Source of the DNA: an uncultured Acidobacteriota bacterium
GTDB lineage: Bacteria; Acidobacteriota; UBA6911
NCBI GenBank assembly: GCA_963809485.1
Contig: CAWEJX010000020.1
Coordinates: forward strand, 960,001 to 1,024,000
DNA length: 64,000 bases
Direction: 5' to 3'
The number at the start of each line of letters is the position of its first letter. Within the stretch, counting starts at the first letter, position 1. The translations under genes were made by a program, and so were the position numbers. Shown in pieces: positions 48,919 through 58,639 of this stretch. The notes beneath the pieces are model-generated. The model did no database searches and had not been told where the DNA came from. It was given only the letters and a program-made list of their open reading frames with translations.

Positions 48919-50145
48919 TCAATCTTTGAATAGAGACAGCTGTTTCTTTTTCGCGGAAGCGTCCGCGGATGGCCTTTTCATGTCGTCAAAAACGCTCCGG
49001 CCGCCCAGATCCCGGGATATGGCCTTATCGTGCGCGATGGCGGCGCCGAAATCGGCACGCGGTTCATACCGGTCTTCGACCGTCCGGGTGAATTGTTCGA
49101 GACGCCGGAAGCCGTCCAGCTTATCGCTGCGGCCCAGTTTCGCGGCATCCAGGGAAGCCCGAAGCACCGAAACCGATTCGTCGTACGTCTTGAGCGGCAC
49201 AGGAAAGGGATGCCGGTCCTTGCCGCCCAGGGCGAAGGAAAAACGCGCCGGATCGGAAAAGCGTGTGGGCGCGCCGTGGACCACTTCGGCGATGAGCGCA
49301 AGCGAATGCAGCGTTCGGGGCCCCAGATTCTCGAGCAAGAGAAGCGAGGCAAAATCGCGGAGCTCGCGTTCGTAGGCTACGGCCAGCACAGCGCCCAGCC
49401 GCTCAAGGTTAAGGTCGCCAGGCAGAAGATTGTGTCTCCCGGGCATAATCAGCTTTCTGGCCGTGCGCAGGGTTGTGTCGGGATTTTCGCCGGCAATCTG
49501 CAGGAGTGCTTTCTGTGCCGTTTTGGCCTTGGCATCCACCAGGTTCATTATGATTCCCTGATGCTCCCCCGCAATCCCGGTGTGAGGCTCCGATGTGAAA
49601 TCGCTTACTGAAGCGGAGTGCCAGTGATAGCGGCGGGCCATCGCAAGTGCCTCGTTCATGCCCTGCTGTACGACCGTCCATTCGCCCAGCGCGCTCAGAA
49701 TCAGGGTATGCAGGTAGATCTGGAAGCCGTCGCCGATGGCATTATTGTCTATGCGGGCCGTCAGCCGGCTGGTTCTTACAAGCGCCTCCCCATCCAGCGA
49801 CTTTTTTTCCGCGATGGCCCGCAGCTCGTTCGGCGTCTGTAACGAATGCTTCCCGCGCCCACCGCAGATATAGATTCCCAACTCGTCGGCGCGCGGAGCA
49901 AGGCCTCTTTTGAGGGCTCCCATAACCGAGGTGGTGATGCCGGAGGAATGCCAATCCATGCCCATCACCGCGCCCAGAGCCTGGAACCAGAACGGGTCGG
50001 CCAGCCTGGAGAGCAGCTCGGAATGCCCGTAATGATAGAGCACCGACTCAACGATCGCCGTGCCGAGCCTGGTCATTCGTTCGGCAAGCCAGGATGGCAC
50101 CCGGCCGCTGTGCAGCGGCAGGTCTGCGGTTCCCGAGCGTTTCAT
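48919..50145 (-). CDS. DUF763 family protein
   Basis: ADLPLHSGRVP, DPFWFQALGAVMGMDWHSSGITT, VVQQGM, RRYHW, GGKD.HPFPV. Confidence 0.88.
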   Translation of the reverse strand: MKRSGTADLPLHSGRVPSWLAERMTRLGTAIVESVLYHYGHSELLSRLADPFWFQALGAVMGMDWHSSGITTSVMGALKRGLAPRADELGIYICGGRGKHSLQTPNELRAIAEKKSLDGEALVRTSRLTARIDNNAIGDGFQIYLHTLILSALGEWTVVQQGMNEALAMARRYHWHSASVSDFTSEPHTGIAGEHQGIIMNLVDAKAKTAQKALLQIAGENPDTTLRTARKLIMPGRHNLLPGDLNLERLGAVLAVAYERELRDFASLLLLENLGPRTLHSLALIAEVVHGAPTRFSDPARFSFALGGKDRHPFPVPLKTYDESVSVLRASLDAAKLGRSDKLDGFRRLEQFTRTVEDRYEPRADFGAAIAHDKAISRDLGGRSVFDDMKRPSADASAKKKQLSLFKD

Positions 50146-50251
50146 GGATGGATTATACATCCGCCAGCCGCTGGAAATTAGCCATTGCGGAGACAGGGAT
50201 TGGCTGTAGCCGGAAATTTGCGCAATTCCGGGGTCAATTGTGGCGATTGCG

Positions 50252-51016
50252 CTACAGGAACCGAAGGACCAGGGTAAGCGCTGCGATCATGAGAACACCG
50301 GTGGAAAAGCTGACGAGCACGCCGGCGCGGCTGTGTTTGATCAACTCGCCGAAGACTGCGTGAAGGGCCAGGAAAATGAATCCGCCGCCCACATGCGCCA
50401 GAAGTATCTCCAGCCAAAGGCCCGATATCTGAGGCGCCGCCCATAATCCAATCGCGCCGCCTAACAGCGTTGCCGCTTCGATCGCAGCCACCCAAACCAG
50501 GGCGGTTGTGCGCCGGAAACCGGCAGCCAACAGCAGAGCGCCCAGCGCAAGCCCCTCGGGGACCTTGTGCACGCAGATTGCGAGAAGCAGTGCGGCGCTG
50601 AGGCTGCCGGCCATATCCGGATCTTCGCCCAGGGCAAGCGCCAGCCCGTCCATGGTGCTGTGCAGACCCAAGGCGATAACCATGGCCGATGCTATCTCAC
50701 TGAACCTGTGTGTCGTGGCTTCATCGAAATGGCTCGCAGCGCATGCCGGGCAAACATGAAACACGTAGCGGCTGATGAGCCAGAAAACCAGATATCCCGA
50801 AGCAAGCGCACCGGCAAGCTGCACCCAGGGCATTTTGTCAAAACACTCGGGGATGATTGAAAAGACGGTGACGCCCAGAAGGGTTCCAGCCGCCAGACTG
50901 ATCAGGCGGCAGAGGCGCTTGTGCGAAACAGCCGTCATGGAGCTTATAGCCCCTCCGGCCACGGCCAAAAGGAAGGCCAGCGAAACCCTGAATATTACAT
51001 CCCACGAATCCTGCAA
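50252..51016 (-). CDS. ZIP family metal transporter
   Basis: ISLAAGTLL, LHSTMDG, HKVPEG; TTG start at 51016 after GGAGG is preferred over the ORF-track start inside the operator. Confidence 0.87.
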   Translation of the reverse strand: MQDSWDVIFRVSLAFLLAVAGGAISSMTAVSHKRLCRLISLAAGTLLGVTVFSIIPECFDKMPWVQLAGALASGYLVFWLISRYVFHVCPACAASHFDEATTHRFSEIASAMVIALGLHSTMDGLALALGEDPDMAGSLSAALLLAICVHKVPEGLALGALLLAAGFRRTTALVWVAAIEAATLLGGAIGLWAAPQISGLWLEILLAHVGGGFIFLALHAVFGELIKHSRAGVLVSFSTGVLMIAALTLVLRFL

Positions 51017-51058
51017 GGGGCCTCCGTACGCTCCCGGCAATAATGTTGGGAGAGTTAT

Positions 51059-51127
51059 TGCGAATGCATTTGCATTGTCCACATTCTGTGCAGGTTGTCA
51101 AGTTTATTGCAGTCGCGCTTGCAATAA
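51059..51127. promoter_or_regulatory. Two TGCA-N8-TGCA-type operator boxes in the divergent ZIP/Fur intergenic region
   Basis: TGCGAATGCATTTGCA (51059-51074) and TTATTGCA-N8-TGCAATAA (51104-51127). Confidence 0.7.
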
Positions 51128-51166
51128 CAAAAAATGCAGGCTAGGATGGGCCTGGAGTCAGTCAGC

Positions 51167-51538
51167 ATGAAGCGGAAAACAAATCAAAGGAATGCCATCC
51201 AGGAGGTTTTTCAGAAAATCGACCGGCCTTTAGGCGTAGACGAAATTCTTGAGGCTGGACGCCAGACGGTAGGATCTCTCAACCAGGCAACTGTTTATCG
51301 CAACCTGAAGATTCTCGTCCAGTCCGGCTGGCTGAAAAAGATCCACACACCCGAACTGGGATCGCTTTATGAAAAGGCCGGCAAGGAGCATCACCATCAT
51401 TTTCAATGCAGGTCCTGCGACCGGCTGTTCGAGATATCCGGCTGCGCATTCAACGAGCGCAGCCTGACTCCGCCGGGATTCGTCACCGAAAGCCATGAGG
51501 TTTACCTGTTCGGCCTCTGTCCGGCGTGCAAAGGTTAA
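51167..51538 (+). CDS. Fur-family metalloregulator (possibly Zur-like)
   Basis: [30 protein letters not shown]. Confidence 0.92.
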   Translation: MKRKTNQRNAIQEVFQKIDRPLGVDEILEAGRQTVGSLNQATVYRNLKILVQSGWLKKIHTPELGSLYEKAGKEHHHHFQCRSCDRLFEISGCAFNERSLTPPGFVTESHEVYLFGLCPACKG

Positions 51539-51695
51539 AAACGAGTGTTTGTCTGCATCCATTCCCTGAAGTTTCCTGTTTTTTGCGCCACAGTCTGTCG
51601 AATATTCTGATTTCTGCAGTCCATCCTTTTGAATAGCCGAAAATGCCCTGTCTGATAAAAGCTTTTCACGCGGAGACGCGGAGTCCGCGGAGAAA

Positions 51696-51951
51696 GAAAT
51701 CCCTGGAAATTCCTGGGAATTCCTGAATTCCTGGTTCCTGAATTACAATTCCTGGACAATTCCTGGACAATCCCTGGACACCCATTTATTCCACCCATTT
51801 ATTCCACCCATTTATTCCAAATCCCTGGGAAATCCCTGGGGAGGAAATCCCTGGACACACACTTATCTGGAATCCGCTTATCTGGGGAAATCCCGAAATC
51901 CCGGACACCCACTTATCTGGAATCCCTGAATCCCTGGACACACACTTATTT
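51696..51951. repeat. Stuttered repeat array built from AATYCCTGG and GGACACMCAYTTAT units (left flank of the RAYT gene)
   Basis: More than 10 partial AAT(T/C)CCTGG units, three CACCCATTTATT units and four GGACAC(C/A)CA units. Confidence 0.8.
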
Positions 51952-52020
51952 GCCGATTTGTGTGTTTTCTTTTAGCACATACCATGGATTCATCATTAGA
52001 CGTATCGAAAGGAGTGAACC

Positions 52021-53136
52021 ATGACTATGCCACGAAGCAAATATGTCCAGGAAGGACAAGATGGCGTCTATCACTGCTTCAGCCGCTGCGTCCGCAGGGC
52101 GTTTCTATACGGATTCGATCCACACTCCGGCCGCGACTTCTCCCACCGCAAAGCTTGGCTGGTCGACAGGTTACGGTTTCTCTCCGCCATTTTTGCCATC
52201 GATGTCTGTGCTTTCGCCGTCATGCAAAACCACTTCCACGTCATTCTTCGTATCTGCCTCGAAATCGCCGCCGCCTGGTCCGATCGCGAGGTGGCCATCC
52301 GATGGCTTACCCTCTTCCCTATACGGCACGCACCCCCTTCTGAAGCCCAGATCTGCGCCCTGGCCGATTGCCCCGATCGTATTGCCGTATTGCGCCAAAG
52401 ACTCTGCAGCCTCAGCTGGTTTATGGGCCGACTCAACGAATTTATCGCCCGAGCCGCTAATAAAGAAGATAACGTCAAGGGCAGATTCTGGGAATCCCGA
52501 TTCAAATGTCAGGCCCTGCTCGACGAGGCTGCCATTGCCGCCTGTATGGTTTATGTGGATCTGAATCCCATCCGTGCCGGCCTGGCCCCAACTCCCGAAG
52601 AAAGCGACTTCACCAGCATTCAGGAACGGATTCGCGCCTGGCAGAACGAAATGACCAGCAAAGCTCTGATAACCAGCGAGTTAACTCAGCACAACCCGGA
52701 CGATTCTTCCGCGGAGAACATGCCAATGTCGGAAGACAAAAGGGGTATTCCCGGCTGCAATCCCGAGGCTATCCCTGTCGGTTCTGTCAACTCCTCATCC
52801 CTTTGGCTGTGTCCCATTCAATCAGATACCCACCGTCGCGGCATCCTGCAGATGACTGAAGCCGATTACTTCAATCTGGTAGACCAGTCGGGGCGCCTAT
52901 TGCGGGCTGACAAACGCGGAGCCATTGATCCCCAGCTCGCACCCATTCTGCTGCGCATTGGAGCCAATCCCCAAGCCTGGATAGATACCATTTCCCATTT
53001 CGGTCCGAAATTCCGTCTCGCTGCTGGCCTAATTTCCAGCCTGCGCGATTTTGCAGATCAGCTCGGCCGAAGGTGGCTTGTTGGCTTATCCGCAGCTCGA
53101 AATGCTTTTGCAGCTCCTTCGGCGCAATCAAGCTGA
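52021..53136 (+). CDS. REP-associated tyrosine (Y1/HUH) transposase, RAYT-like
   Basis: YHCFSRCVRRAFL, AVMQNHFHVIL (HUH), GRFWESRFK, YVDLNPIRAG. Confidence 0.9.
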   Translation: MTMPRSKYVQEGQDGVYHCFSRCVRRAFLYGFDPHSGRDFSHRKAWLVDRLRFLSAIFAIDVCAFAVMQNHFHVILRICLEIAAAWSDREVAIRWLTLFPIRHAPPSEAQICALADCPDRIAVLRQRLCSLSWFMGRLNEFIARAANKEDNVKGRFWESRFKCQALLDEAAIAACMVYVDLNPIRAGLAPTPEESDFTSIQERIRAWQNEMTSKALITSELTQHNPDDSSAENMPMSEDKRGIPGCNPEAIPVGSVNSSSLWLCPIQSDTHRRGILQMTEADYFNLVDQSGRLLRADKRGAIDPQLAPILLRIGANPQAWIDTISHFGPKFRLAAGLISSLRDFADQLGRRWLVGLSAARNAFAAPSAQSS

Positions 53137-53353
53137 GACATGCTCCTTTGCCAGATTCCATCCGCCTATCCTGCAGTCCATAATTAGTCCCGCAGATTGC
53201 TTCCAGCAATCCCTGATCTTCAGCTCGCCAGATGCGGCAAGGCTGCCCTTATCGAATCCCCCATCGAATTGCTGTATACCCCGGTGACTATTGATAACAG
53301 GTAGAACCAAAAACAAATGATGTGAGCGGCGATCTGCTATATCTGCTCCCTTC

Positions 53354-53395
53354 AAATAGTGGGTGTCCACCTTTTATTTTATGTCCACGTTTTAT
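53354..53395 (-). repeat. Inverted copy of the GGACACCCA motif with stutter (right flank of the RAYT gene)
   Basis: AAATAGTGGGTGTCCA is the reverse complement of TGGACACCCACTATTT; TGTCCAC.TTTTAT occurs twice. Confidence 0.65.
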
Positions 53396-53723
53396 GCGAT
53401 CCCGGGTCGGGTACGGCGCCTCGTCTTTACGCCGCCGTACCTGTTGCCTGCGTCCATGGCTAAGGCTTCGGCCTCTCCCAGCGAAACTCTATTTCGGGGC
53501 TAACTTCCGGTCGTACGCTTCACCTCGCAGCTATTCCTCATATCCGCTTCCACCCTTCCGCCTTAGGAGTGGAGTTTCCGTTCCTCACCCTTTCGGTTGT
53601 GAGGCAGGTTCCTAGTCACTCCATCGCTTCCAGACTCTGCTTCTACGAGGATACAGAGTGGTTGACTATTCCTTCCCTGGCGGGCCTTTCACCCGCTTGA
53701 CAACGGACCATTTCCAGGTCCCC
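53393..53723 (-). ncRNA. Group II intron 5' fragment (domain I), no RT ORF or domain V/VI
   Basis: The minus strand reads GGGGACCTGGAAATGGTCC...GCGGGTGAAAGGCCCGC...AGCCCCGAAAT...GCCGAAG...GCAGGCAACAG...CCGGGATCG, which resembles domain I of bacterial IIB-type introns. The 5' end is not the canonical GUGYG. Confidence 0.55.
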
Positions 53724-53732
53724 AGCCTTTTC

Positions 53733-53775
53733 GAGTCGCGCCGCCAGAGGCGGCGGTTTACCCTAATGCCAATTA
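53733..53775 (-). repeat. Variant IS200/IS605 end hairpin
   Basis: GAGTCGCGCCGCCAGAGGCGGCGGTTTACCCTAATGCCAATTA parallels GAGTCCCCCGGCAGAGCCGGGGGTTTACCAATGTAATTA of copy 3. Confidence 0.6.
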
Positions 53776-53882
53776 TGATTGCCGAAAGCATAGCGCGATG
53801 CATTGGGCGCTACTTATATATCCCTTCTCTTAGCTGTCCATAGAAGGGAAGGGATCTCAGTCTGAGCGGGAGCATTATTGAG

Positions 53883-54089
53883 ATGCTGGAGAGAAAGGCG
53901 AAGACTCGGAAGGCAGGGTGGGATCTTCCCTGCTCCCGATGGAACGCCGTGCTAGCAGCCGCCCTTGATCATCTTCACAAGGCGGTTAGAGAAACCTTGA
54001 AGCTCAGCTCAGAGTTTGCTATACACTCACTGCGGCAGACGTTTCTGACCCGCTTAGGGGAAGCCGGAGCGGGAAAGGGAGCGTCTTGA
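53883..54089 (+). pseudogene. Tyrosine integrase C-terminal remnant
   Basis: FAIHSLRQTFLTRLGEAGA resembles the HxLRH box II; next to the tRNA. Confidence 0.55.
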
Positions 54090-54168
54090 TTCTATGAATC
54101 AGGAAGACCTGCAAAAAAGGCTTCCGCCCGCTGCAATATCCGCATCGAAAAATGATGTGCCCGTTGAT

Positions 54169-54244
<76 letters not shown>

Positions 54245-54444
54245 TGAAAACAAAAGACTTACGGTTTTTCACTTCTCTCCTTTTTCTCCCAAAACAGCCC
54301 GTAGGGTGAAAAAACTCAGCCGTGCCGTAAATGCCTGCAAATAGAACCGCTTGCCGAGCAAGCCAGTTGCGTCCACTACGAGGCTTGACAGGCAGTCGGT
54401 GTTGCCGGATGCTGCAGATTCTCACTGCAATTCCGGAGGAGAAT

Positions 54445-55281
54445 GTGAAGGTACTATTGCACCCCTGGCAGTTATTGCTTTTGGTTCTCGCTGGCTGGGT
54501 CAATCGTCGGCGGCAGGATGTGATCGAATACCTTCTGGTTGAAAATCGTGTGTTGCGGCAGAAACTGGGGAAAAGACGAATCCTGCTGAATGAAGAACAG
54601 CGGCGCCGCCTTGCCGTCAAAGGCAAGATCCTCGGTCGGAAGATGATCGAGCAGGTCGCTGGGATTGTAACTCCGGAAGCGATTCTTCGCTGGCATCGTG
54701 AGTTGGTCGCACGACATTGGGATACCAGCAAGCGACGACAGAGGGCCGGACGGCCGGCGATTCCTCAGGAAACCGTGGATCTCATTCTGAAATTGGCAAA
54801 GGAAAATCCTCGCTGGGGCTACAAGCGCATCCAGGGCGCAGTCGCGAATCTCGGAAGCGTGATTTCGGATACGGCAGTTGCAAACATTCTGAGGGCCCCA
54901 TGCGATAGACCCGGCCCCGGATCGAAAGAGACAGGGCAGCTGGAAGGAATTCCTCAACACACACTGGGATATGCTTGCCTCGGTTGATTTCACAGCGATC
55001 GGGATTTGGACGAAGAAGGGATTGGTTACATACTATCTGCTGTTCTTCATGGAGATTGCAACCCGACGGATTCATTTTGCTGGTCTCACCACCAATCCAG
55101 ATGAAGCCTGGCTGCTTCAGGTTGCCAGGAATGTGACTGACGCCGATGACGGATTCCTTCGTGGCAATCGATACTTGCTGATGGACCGAGACACGAAATT
55201 CTCGGAAGCGTTCCGGGGCACGTTTGAGGATGTCGGAGTGAAGCCGCTCCGCCTGCCGGCACGATCCCCGAATTTGAGTGC
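54445..55281 (+). pseudogene. rve/integrase-core (DDE) transposase, 5' part; frameshifted and interrupted
   Basis: LLVENRVLR, VTPEAILRWHRELV, ENPRWGYKRIQG; an extra C in CCCC 54896-54899; then VDFTA, LLMDRDTKF, RSPNLS up to the insertion. Confidence 0.88.
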
Positions 55282-57363
55282 TTATGCTTCATACTGCACC
55301 TCATGCGTAATTTGGGTCGCTCTTTCTGCCTTTGATCGATAGCATCCCGGTTTTCTCTTGTGCTTAAGCGGCCTATTGTTTCCAGGACGTTCGATGAGAT
55401 AAGAATGGTCATTGTACCAGTGGGCGTGTAGATAACCTCCACGTTTCCACTTCTTGACCGTTCCGGGATTGATATCGAGTCTGGCTGCTGTCTCATTAAC
55501 TGTCATCATCCCAAGATCGCGGAGTCGTTGATATCGTGTTTTCATTGCATACTCGCGGCAAAGACGGTAGACCATTGCGTGATTAATGGACTTTCCCTCG
55601 CCTGAGCGATATCCGCGTTCGGTGAGAATCACGGAAATCTCCGAGTCCGTATGGTTGTCGAGCAGCCGGTCGATCTCGGCGAGCACTTCAGGACTGGTCT
55701 GCCGGATCTTCCATGCCGGAGGCGGAAGAGGCAGTGTCAGTATCCTGGTGGCTCCCCCTCGGAAGCGGACACTGGCGCTGATTTCTTTGTTCCTAATAAG
55801 AGTCACATCTTCGATCAAGAGCCGCAACATTCGCTTTCGATCGCGGTCCTCTGTCCGCTGATCTTGCCAGAGTTTGGGAAAATCACTTGCAAGAGTAAGA
55901 ACCTGCGTGCTTGTCTTTTCATCAAGGAGCTTCCGATCCCTTTCGCATTCCCGCTGATACTCTTGCTGTCGCTCATCGAGCACTCGGAGTTTCTCGTTCC
56001 ACTCAGCCTCAAGTGAGGCAGCTACAAGCCGGTTCTCTGGATCTACACGGAGAAAACGCCGCCGGGCAAGATCCGCCTCATACTGAGCTCGCTCGACGTG
56101 TTTTTTTCGCAGTGCGTCTGCTTCACTCAGACGTGTCTGCAATTCCTGCTGCACTGCCAGCGTCACTTCTAGAGCCATGGGACTCACAGCCTCAACCAGA
56201 AGAGCTCCTACAGCCTCGTCGATATTCGCTCCCGGGATATGCTGGCAAATCCTCTCTCCGCGTTCTATCCCTTCGCGCTGGCACACATAGTCAGGCTGAA
56301 GTCCTTGTCTCCTACCATGATAACGAACCGTCATACGCCGGCCGCATACTCCACAGATCACCAACCCCTGTAACAAAGCAGGACCTTCTCTTGGCGGGCT
56401 CTTGCGGCGGTCGGTGCCGTGGGCCGCCGAGTTTTCGGTCAGGCATTTCTGGTTCTGTTCGAATTCGTCCCAAGAAATGTAGCCCGGATGCGCATTGGGA
56501 ATAAACGCAATCCATTCCTCCCGCGGTAATTTCCTACTGCTAACATTAGAGCCATACTTGCGCTGTCGAGTACGCCCAAAGAAAAATGCTCCCGCAAAGC
56601 GTGGATTGTGCAGCAGCCATAAGGCGCGATGGAGTAAAAGGGGGCCCCACGCCAAGTCTCCCTTCTGATGATTATCGGCTCGTCGTGGAAAGAGCAGGCC
56701 CTTGTTTCGAAACGCTTTCACTGTTGCTGTTGCAGACCCCGTACGACGAAAAGTCCGGAAGAACATGCGGATGCTCTCCTGAACCTGCCGGTCGGGATCA
56801 ATCACGACTTTGCCTGTTGCATCGTAGATGAAACCAATGGGAAGTGGGCACTCTAGTTCACCTCGCCGTGCCTTATTCACGATACCGCCCAAAAGCCGAG
56901 CCCGAAGCATGTGCAGTTCGGCTTCACTCATCGTACCTTTGAGACCGAGCAGCAGGCGGTCATTAAAGTGCGCCGGATCGTAAATACCATCCTCGTCCAG
57001 TATGAGTGTATCGCTCAGTGCACACATTTCGAGCAGCCGATGCCAGTCGGCCGAATTTCGTGCAAGGCGAGAAACCTCTAAACCCATCACCAAGCCTGCA
57101 TGCCCTAACCCAACTTCGGTCACCAATTTTTGGAAACCCTCGCGGTCTGCAGCGGCTGCGCCTGATTGGCCCAGATCCGTATCCAGCACAATGATACGCT
57201 CCTGGGGCCATCCCAACGCAACTGCGCGCTGCTTCAAGGCATACTGGCGTTTTGTACTTTCAGTATTTTCCAAAACCTGTCGGAGCGTCGATTGCCGTAT
57301 GTACAAATAGGCATTCCGTTGAACGTGGATCGGCCGGATCTTCTGATTCCCCTCACTCGCCAT
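55282..57363 (-). CDS. Large serine recombinase (resolvase, recombinase, Zn-ribbon, coiled coil)
   Basis: AYLYIRQST, DLGQSG, EVSRLARN, LLQGLVICGVCGRRM...YVC...C; the stop codon abuts the core. Confidence 0.95.
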   Translation of the reverse strand: MASEGNQKIRPIHVQRNAYLYIRQSTLRQVLENTESTKRQYALKQRAVALGWPQERIIVLDTDLGQSGAAAADREGFQKLVTEVGLGHAGLVMGLEVSRLARNSADWHRLLEMCALSDTLILDEDGIYDPAHFNDRLLLGLKGTMSEAELHMLRARLLGGIVNKARRGELECPLPIGFIYDATGKVVIDPDRQVQESIRMFFRTFRRTGSATATVKAFRNKGLLFPRRADNHQKGDLAWGPLLLHRALWLLHNPRFAGAFFFGRTRQRKYGSNVSSRKLPREEWIAFIPNAHPGYISWDEFEQNQKCLTENSAAHGTDRRKSPPREGPALLQGLVICGVCGRRMTVRYHGRRQGLQPDYVCQREGIERGERICQHIPGANIDEAVGALLVEAVSPMALEVTLAVQQELQTRLSEADALRKKHVERAQYEADLARRRFLRVDPENRLVAASLEAEWNEKLRVLDERQQEYQRECERDRKLLDEKTSTQVLTLASDFPKLWQDQRTEDRDRKRMLRLLIEDVTLIRNKEISASVRFRGGATRILTLPLPPPAWKIRQTSPEVLAEIDRLLDNHTDSEISVILTERGYRSGEGKSINHAMVYRLCREYAMKTRYQRLRDLGMMTVNETAARLDINPGTVKKWKRGGYLHAHWYNDHSYLIERPGNNRPLKHKRKPGCYRSKAERATQITHEVQYEA

Positions 57364-57670
57364 AGCTCACCTCTGTGGATGCCGCATGGAAAACCATACT
57401 CGACAGTACCATTACGATGTCGCCCTGTAATCCCGCAGGAAGGAAGTCGTCAGCCATTTTGCTGTCGGCGCCTTCAGGGACAACCGGGCTCGCATAGGTC
57501 CACCACGCATCGATCCATGCCGCCAATCCTTGATACTTCAAGACGGCAAGTCCAAGTTCTCCTTGAGTGCAAGAACTTTGATCGATTGCCTGTTTGCGCA
57601 GTTTTTCGTATGCCGTTTTGATCCGCATCAGTGCATCAGGTCCCTGATCAACTTGCCTTCTGGCTTTCAT
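57353..57670 (-). CDS. Hypothetical protein of the recombinase element (y4bB-like)
   Basis: YEKLRKQA...GLAVLKYQGLAAW; overlaps both neighbours (translational coupling). Confidence 0.75.
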   Translation of the reverse strand: MKARRQVDQGPDALMRIKTAYEKLRKQAIDQSSCTQGELGLAVLKYQGLAAWIDAWWTYASPVVPEGADSKMADDFLPAGLQGDIVMVLSSMVFHAASTEVSYGE

Positions 57671-58137
57671 AGCTGTTTTTTTTCCCGCCGGCGCAGGGCG
57701 CGCTCAACGGTGCGACGGTGAACTTTAATGCCAAAGCGCTCGGTGACCAGGGAAATCAACTCCGAAACAGTTGGTGATTGGCTTGCAGCCCGGGCCGCCT
57801 CAATGTAATCGACGACTTCTTCGCTAAGCTTATGACCACTTCGGGGACCCCGTTTTTTGGGGATGAGCCCGGGAAGGCCATCTTGCCGCAGGATTGACTG
57901 AGCTTGGTAAAATGCTGGCCGTGAGAGGCCGAAGGCGGCAGCAGCGGCAGTCACCGACTTCCCCTCGGCTTCGACCCGCCGCAGCATCTCGTACTTGACC
58001 TGAACTACGTCACGTGCATTGAAGAATTCGCTTTCGAGGAAGAGTGAATCGGTTACCCGTTCAGGATGAGGATTCAGGGTTCCTTGCTGTTTCAGTGCTT
58101 TTATCTTTGGGTCGGCTGTGCGCAATTGTTTTTTCAT
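57667..58137 (-). CDS. Helix-turn-helix protein of the recombinase element (y4bC-like)
   Basis: GTLNPHPERV, QVKYEMLR, AAAAFGLSRPAFYQ, KRGPRSGHKL, VHRRTVERAL. Confidence 0.85.
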   Translation of the reverse strand: MKKQLRTADPKIKALKQQGTLNPHPERVTDSLFLESEFFNARDVVQVKYEMLRRVEAEGKSVTAAAAAFGLSRPAFYQAQSILRQDGLPGLIPKKRGPRSGHKLSEEVVDYIEAARAASQSPTVSELISLVTERFGIKVHRRTVERALRRREKKQL

Positions 58138-58285
58138 TGTAATAATATATACGCCTTATTCCTCTCCGCATGTCAAGGATAATCGTGTTGACATCAACCG
58201 TACGCTAGCCGTTATCAAGCATATCATGCGCATACCATCAATAATGTTTGCAGATGCGCACAACGGATATGCGGCGATATTACTC

Positions 58286-58639
58286 TTACACATGCGGCGT
58301 CTTTTCCTTTACAGATGTTGCGCGGACTCTTTTCTTGGGCATTTTGCTTTTACAGAACGTCACCAGCTCTGCGAGCTGAATGAGATCTTCCGTGCGGAAG
58401 CAGGCCCTGCCCGCTGCAATGGCTACGAACGGATCCGGCGCTGCCGCATCGGTCCATGCAGTTGGTATCGCTATAAGGCAATTCTCTTCGTTGTAGAAGT
58501 ACACTCTGGACTCACCCCAGGCTGGCCTACAAGCAACCAGCTCGAACCGGCGGTTATGAAGAGGATGGAAGGGATGCGTTACTGTGAAAAATCGTTGCGG
58601 TTCTGTCGAATACTTCGCAGTTGATGGCTTTTTCCAGTG
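58286..58639 (-). CDS. DUF5372 (Y4bD/Y4pK-like) protein, lacking a start codon in the integrated state
   Basis: The frame is open from the element end: HWKKPSTAKYSTEPQRFFTVTHPFHPL...WGESRVYF...IPTAWTD...DPF. The first in-frame start (GTG 58504) lies after the VTHPFHPL signature. Confidence 0.8.
   Translation of the reverse strand, partial: HWKKPSTAKYSTEPQRFFTVTHPFHPLHNRRFELVACRPAWGESRVYFYNEENCLIAIPTAWTDAAAPDPFVAIAAGRACFRTEDLIQLAELVTFCKSKMPKKRVRATSVKEKTPHV

Noticed and set aside
51665-51692. CGCGGAG triple repeat
   Set aside because: Too short to assign; probably a remnant of a small repeat family next to the RAYT array.
51696-51951. Possible CRISPR array
   Set aside because: No constant-length repeats with unique spacers and no cas genes; the units are nested partial duplications.
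54891-54900. Programmed frameshift in the rve transposase
   Set aside because: No slippery heptamer; one extra C in a gene already interrupted by an insertion is more likely decay or sequencing error.
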